Part shown: one piece after another, positions 59,405 through 64,000 of the stretch | Layout of the letters: every line of letters begins with the position of its first letter | Numbering within the stretch: position 1 is the first letter of the stretch | The notes under the pieces: generated by a model | The model's database searches: none | Told to the model about the DNA's origin: nothing | What the model saw: the letters and a program-made list of their open reading frames with translations, nothing else | Position numbers and translations under genes: made by a program | Assembly: GCA_043228905.1 (NCBI GenBank) | Contig: JBHGNT010000016.1 | Span: 4,340,001-4,404,000, forward strand | Length of the DNA stretch: 64,000 nucleotides | Source of the DNA: Azolla caroliniana | Lineage: Eukaryota > Plantae > Polypodiophyta | Reading direction: 5' to 3'

Positions 59405-62400
59405 CGCAAACTCCGTAGCTTCTTGCTGTGCAGGTTTCGAGAGGCTCGCGCTGCTCTGAGGAATGCCCGAGTGCTTCCGGCAGCACCTCCAACCTACTCT
59501 TTCCTTTCTGTGCGTTTACGAACAGGCATCGGCATCTGTTCGCCGGCCTGTTCAGTTGTAACCGACTTCGTGCTTCTTGTTGTTTATCTTGTTGATATAT
59601 ATATTTACATACATTCGTGTCTCTCTGTGTCGTTGTCGCACTCGCGTCTTTGTGTCGAAGGGCCGTGTCCCTGTGAATCTACGCTCGCACCTAGTGGGTC
59701 TCTTCCCTTCTCCTTTTCTCTCTTGCTCTTCGGTACAAGACCCCCGAGGTCCCGCCTCGTTCCACGCATCCGCGAGGAATACCTCGACATCTTGGTGAAC
59801 CCGACGTGAAGGAGGCGGCAAAAGAGCAGAAGATGAGGGGGTCGGATCTTCCAGAGGCCATGGCTTCGGCCGTGGATCGGATATTGAGCACACGCGAGGG
59901 CACCGGCGCCCTCGACAGAGCCATTGAGGCGGTTGTCGGTACGATCGGCCGGTTCAGCGGAAAGGATGCTACGAAGTATTTGGCGTCCTACGGGGCAGAA
60001 ATGCTGATGCGGGACATTCCGGAAGAGAGGCGTCTTGCCGGATTCCCTCGAGTGGCGATGCCGAGCATCCATGCGGAGGTGCTCGAGGTACGGGCGGAGA
60101 GCCGTACCTGGGAGGAGTTCGAAGGCCGACTCCTAAAGAAATATGGGCTGGATGACGCGCTCCGGCTTTCGAAACGGGACTTCATGGAATGGGTGGAGTC
60201 CCCCGGCAAGGGGAGAAACGCATCGGCACTCCTCCGGGAGTTTGAAGAACGCTTTGCGCGCCTTTCGGCGCTTGACCGAACCGTTCTGTATACGAGCCGG
60301 GTCCTACTGTTCGTCAAGTCGGTGGACGAGCGGGACCGGGATCAAGTAGGCTCCTTGCAAACAGTGGTATCAACGCAGAGTACCTACTGGACTACGGTTA
60401 AGAGAGTCTGTGGCCGTTTCGACAAACGGCGAGAATGGGCTGACAACGGGGCGACCGGAGCGGGCTCTGTCACAGCAAGGAGGCTTGAACCGGCACCACA
60501 AGGGCGAAGGGCAGAGACCCGGGAGTGGCTCGGAACCGGTTCGGCTTCGACCGGCATGGTCAATGATTCGTCCGGAGGAGCAGCGCTGGAGGAGTTGACG
60601 CGGGCGATAAAGGATCTCCAGATCGCCCAGACTCGAAGGGAAGGCGGCAAACCGGCTCGTGACCGACGGTCGGCAGCGGGGAACAGGTGCATGTGGTGCG
60701 ACGAGGTCGGCCACATTCGGAAGGACTACGGCGATTTCGCAGAGGCGTTGAGGAACCGGGTGGTGTACCTGTGGGAAGGCCGGGTGCATGCCGGCGATAC
60801 CAGAAGGGCCCTAAACCGAAACGACGGGCGAGGAGGTATGAAGAGACTGATGGAAGAGGCAGTGGCCTGACACGTGGAGGCCATCCACTACTCGGCGTTG
60901 GCCGGCATTCGGGTCGGGGGCAGCGAGGCCCGAAAGGAGAGCAAAGACGAACTCTGGTCGGCAATGCTGAAAGGCCTCGCTGGCGCATGGCTGAGGGAAG
61001 ATGAAGCGGACCGCGCTGAGAAACGGGTCCAGGAAATAACCGGGTGGAGCGACCCGGTCGAGGAGAAGACGGGCTTCGTAGAAGCCGCCTGCCGGAACTA
61101 CGAGGCTCTGGTGGAAGACAAACGAGTGGGGAAAGCCGGAGCGGCCGGGCCCTCACAACGATATGAGACCCGATTCGGGCAACGACGGAACGATGCCGGT
61201 GGGTCCAGCGCGCAAGATAACCCCAAGAAAGGCGGATACCGACTGGGGACAGAAATAGAAAGGACCACGGACCTACGGAAGGTCCTAGAAGAACGGATCC
61301 TCGACGGCAAAGTGGAGCTGTCATTGCGGGAGGTGCTAGGGATCGCTAAGAAGGAGTTCCACGACTCCATTGTGGACTTGGTGAAGCGGAAGAGGCTGTC
61401 GACGGAGACGGAACCGGAGAGACCGGTGGAGGTGCGGACGACGCACATCGACGACTCGGCGCTGGCAGATGAGTGGGCGGAGAGCCACTATTCGAGGCCA
61501 CACTGGGCCCGAGCGACCACGGAGACCCCGGTAAAGATCGGAGATGTTCAGGAACCGGTGGTAGCATTGGTGGAGCACGGTTCGGAAATAAACCTAATGT
61601 CCATGGATTTCTATAAGAAGGGAAAGTGGCCGATCAACACCAAGCACAGGTGGAAGATACGGGCGGCGACGCGCGCCACCGAGGAACTGCACGGGGCCTG
61701 CCCGAATGTGCGAGTCAAGATCGGCGACGTCGAGATTGACCAGCACTTCTTCGTACAAGAGACGTCCTCGCATCCGGTCATTTTAGGGGAACCATACATC
61801 ACGGCGGCGAGAATGGAGACCAAAGTGCTGGACAACGGTTCAGCCTACGCGAGGGTCAAAAGCCAGGACGGGCGCCATTCGGTCCAATTTCTGACGGTGC
61901 GGCCGAACCACGAGCGAAACCGCGAATCCCTCGATGGCGAGAACCGAGAGGATTTTTAGAGAGGGCTGCCAAGGCGTGGGGCTGAGACAGTCCGGACACT
62001 CGGGAAAGACCCCACAGTTGTACGATAGAACCGAAACCGAAGAAACCTTGTACAATAGGTAGAAAAGTTTGCTTCTCCAACAACGGAGGGTGTATGATAG
62101 TTGGCATCGTTGGCCAAGAAAAGGCAAGGGCGGAGGAGCGACTTCGAGCGTGCGGAGTCCTCGGCCCGGACGAGGAAATCAGCGGAGCCGTGGAGGCGGT
62201 CTCCTTCGACGACACCTTGGGGATGCTGAGGAAGGTAGCCAAAGAAGACCTTAACGAAGACCGGACGATACAGGTATGTTCCGAAGAGATGTACGAAGTC
62301 ATCGCGAACTTCAGTCAGGGGCTCGGACGGCCCGGGTTAGCACAAAGTACAAGACTGTGGACCGGAAGGTAAGGCCAGTCGCGGCACCCTTACCGGAGGG

Positions 62401-64000
62401 CAGCGAGTCCCGGATCAGAGGGGTTGCGTAGGACCCCAATTTGCGAGATCCGGTCCGCATAGGGCACACCTTCACCGATGGGACGCTCCGGGAGCTCAAG
62501 ATGGGTGGGGACGGGTTCCTATTGCCGGCGGAGGAAGACCGGTTTCGGAGAATGCTCGGAAGGCACGGAAAAGCCTTCGCATTCTCACCGGAAGAGATCG
62601 GGTGCGTAGACCCGACAATCGTGGAGCCGATGGTGATATTCACGGTACCGCATGTGCCGTGGAATCTCAAGCCGATTCCAGTACCGAGAGCTCACATCCC
62701 GAAGTTGATGGAGCTATTGAGGCAAAAAGTCGATATGGGCATTCTCGAACCGTCGAGTGCCCCATACTCGAACCGATGGTTTACAGTACCAAAGAAAAAC
62801 GGAACGATGCGGTTCATTCAAGACCTGCAGCCGGTCAACAAAGTGACCATTCGGAACGCAGGAATCGGACCGACCATAGACGAGTTCGCGGAGGCCTTCG
62901 CCGGAAGGTCGATTTACTCGGTCGGGGATCTATACTCGGGGTACGACCAGTTCCAGCTAGCCGTGGAGAGCAGAGACATTACGACGATGCGATCTCCCCT
63001 CGGCCTAGTGCGAATGTGTACCTTGCCACAAGGAGGGACTAACTCGGTGGCCCACATGGTGAATGCAATGAACAAGGTACTGAGGGATTGTATCCCAGAC
63101 ATCACCATGCCGTTTCTAGACGACATCCCGATCAAGGGGTGCCCGGTGGAAGAGAAGGACGAGACACTCGGGCCGGACGGATGCCGGCGATTCGTGGCAG
63201 CACACATCGACGACTACGAGAAGGTGCTACAAAGGCTAGAGGATGCGAGGCTCACCTTCTCCGGGCAGAAATCGGCCTTCGGGCAATCACAAATCCTGGT
63301 GGTCGGACACCTATGTGGACCATATGGCCGGAAGCCGTCTCTGGCAAAGGTAGAAGCCATCTCCGCGATGAAGACCGACTGTAGCTCGGTTATGGAAGTT
63401 CGGAGGTTCCTGGGGGCATGCGCGTTCTACCACATATGGATCCCGCATTACGCCCACGTTGCGGAGCCGCTATATGGGTTGCTGAAGAAAGGGCGAAAGT
63501 TCGAATGGCGAGACGAGCACACGGAGTCGGTCCGGAAGCTGAAGGAAGCTCTTGCGGCAGCACCGGCGCTCCGGAAGGCTATCTACGAGAAGGGTACCCC
63601 GGTATACATAACGGTGGATACGAGTCCGACCGGGATCGGATGGGTCGTCAACCAAGAAGACGAGGACGGCATTCGGTTCCCGATCCGATTCGGCGCGAAG
63701 GTCCTCAGTGAGCGACAACGAGGGTACGCCCAGGTTAAACGCGAACTCTGGGGTATCGTTTCGGCGGTAAAGGCCGACAAAGACTACCTGATCGGGGCAG
63801 AAGTGATTATCAAGACGGATTGCCTGCCAATTCTCGGCATGGTTTCCGGATGCGCGACACCGGACCTGGTGATGCTCAGGTGGATAGCGTACATCAAGTC
63901 CCTGGACCTGGAAATACGACACATTTCCGGAAAGGACAACGCCATGGCCAACATGCTTTCGAGGGCGAGGTTTGATGACGAGGGCGGCATGGTTTCGGAG
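59108..64000 (+). mobile_element. Family X copy 3, running off the window: 5' LTR 59108-59789, PBS, gag-PR (59833-61959, one stop), pol
   Basis: Homology to copies 1 and 2; (CT)n microsatellite in LTR. Confidence 0.92.
60359..60383 (+). other. SMART / PacBio amplification adapter remnant (probable artefact)
   Basis: 24/25 match to AAGCAGTGGTATCAACGCAGAGTAC. Confidence 0.9.

Overview
Gene-free, almost entirely repetitive eukaryotic nuclear DNA, most likely from a non-seed land plant (inferred from the element types and from embedded plastid and mitochondrial fragments). It is a deep nest of retrotransposons. (1) Two near-identical young Tnt1/Tork-like Ty1/copia copies lie head to head (A <1-4159 minus; B 13368-18852 plus, TSD AGAAG). 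(2) Three copies of a tRNA-Trp-primed non-chromovirus Ty3/gypsy family ('X': 9264-28410, 53812-59107, 59108->64000), plus a gag-only relative ('Y', 45722-~49040). (3) Older copia elements (C 20811-27525, D 33277-38780, E 31303-32710), two Tat/Athila-like gypsy remnants and two chromovirus remnants. (4) A hAT transposase split by copia insertions, and a 5'-truncated L1-like LINE inside a mosaic of tiny mitochondrial and plastid fragments. The most interesting signals are: a conserved -1 frameshift site with pseudoknot after the protease of family X; apparent ACGT target preference of X/Y; a split tRNA-Arg 3'-half beside an LTR; tRNA-like pol III boxes inside a chromovirus LTR; and strong CCGG enrichment. 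A SMART/PacBio amplification adapter remnant at 60359-60383 marks a probable assembly artefact. All calls come from reading the sequence by eye; no database searches were run.
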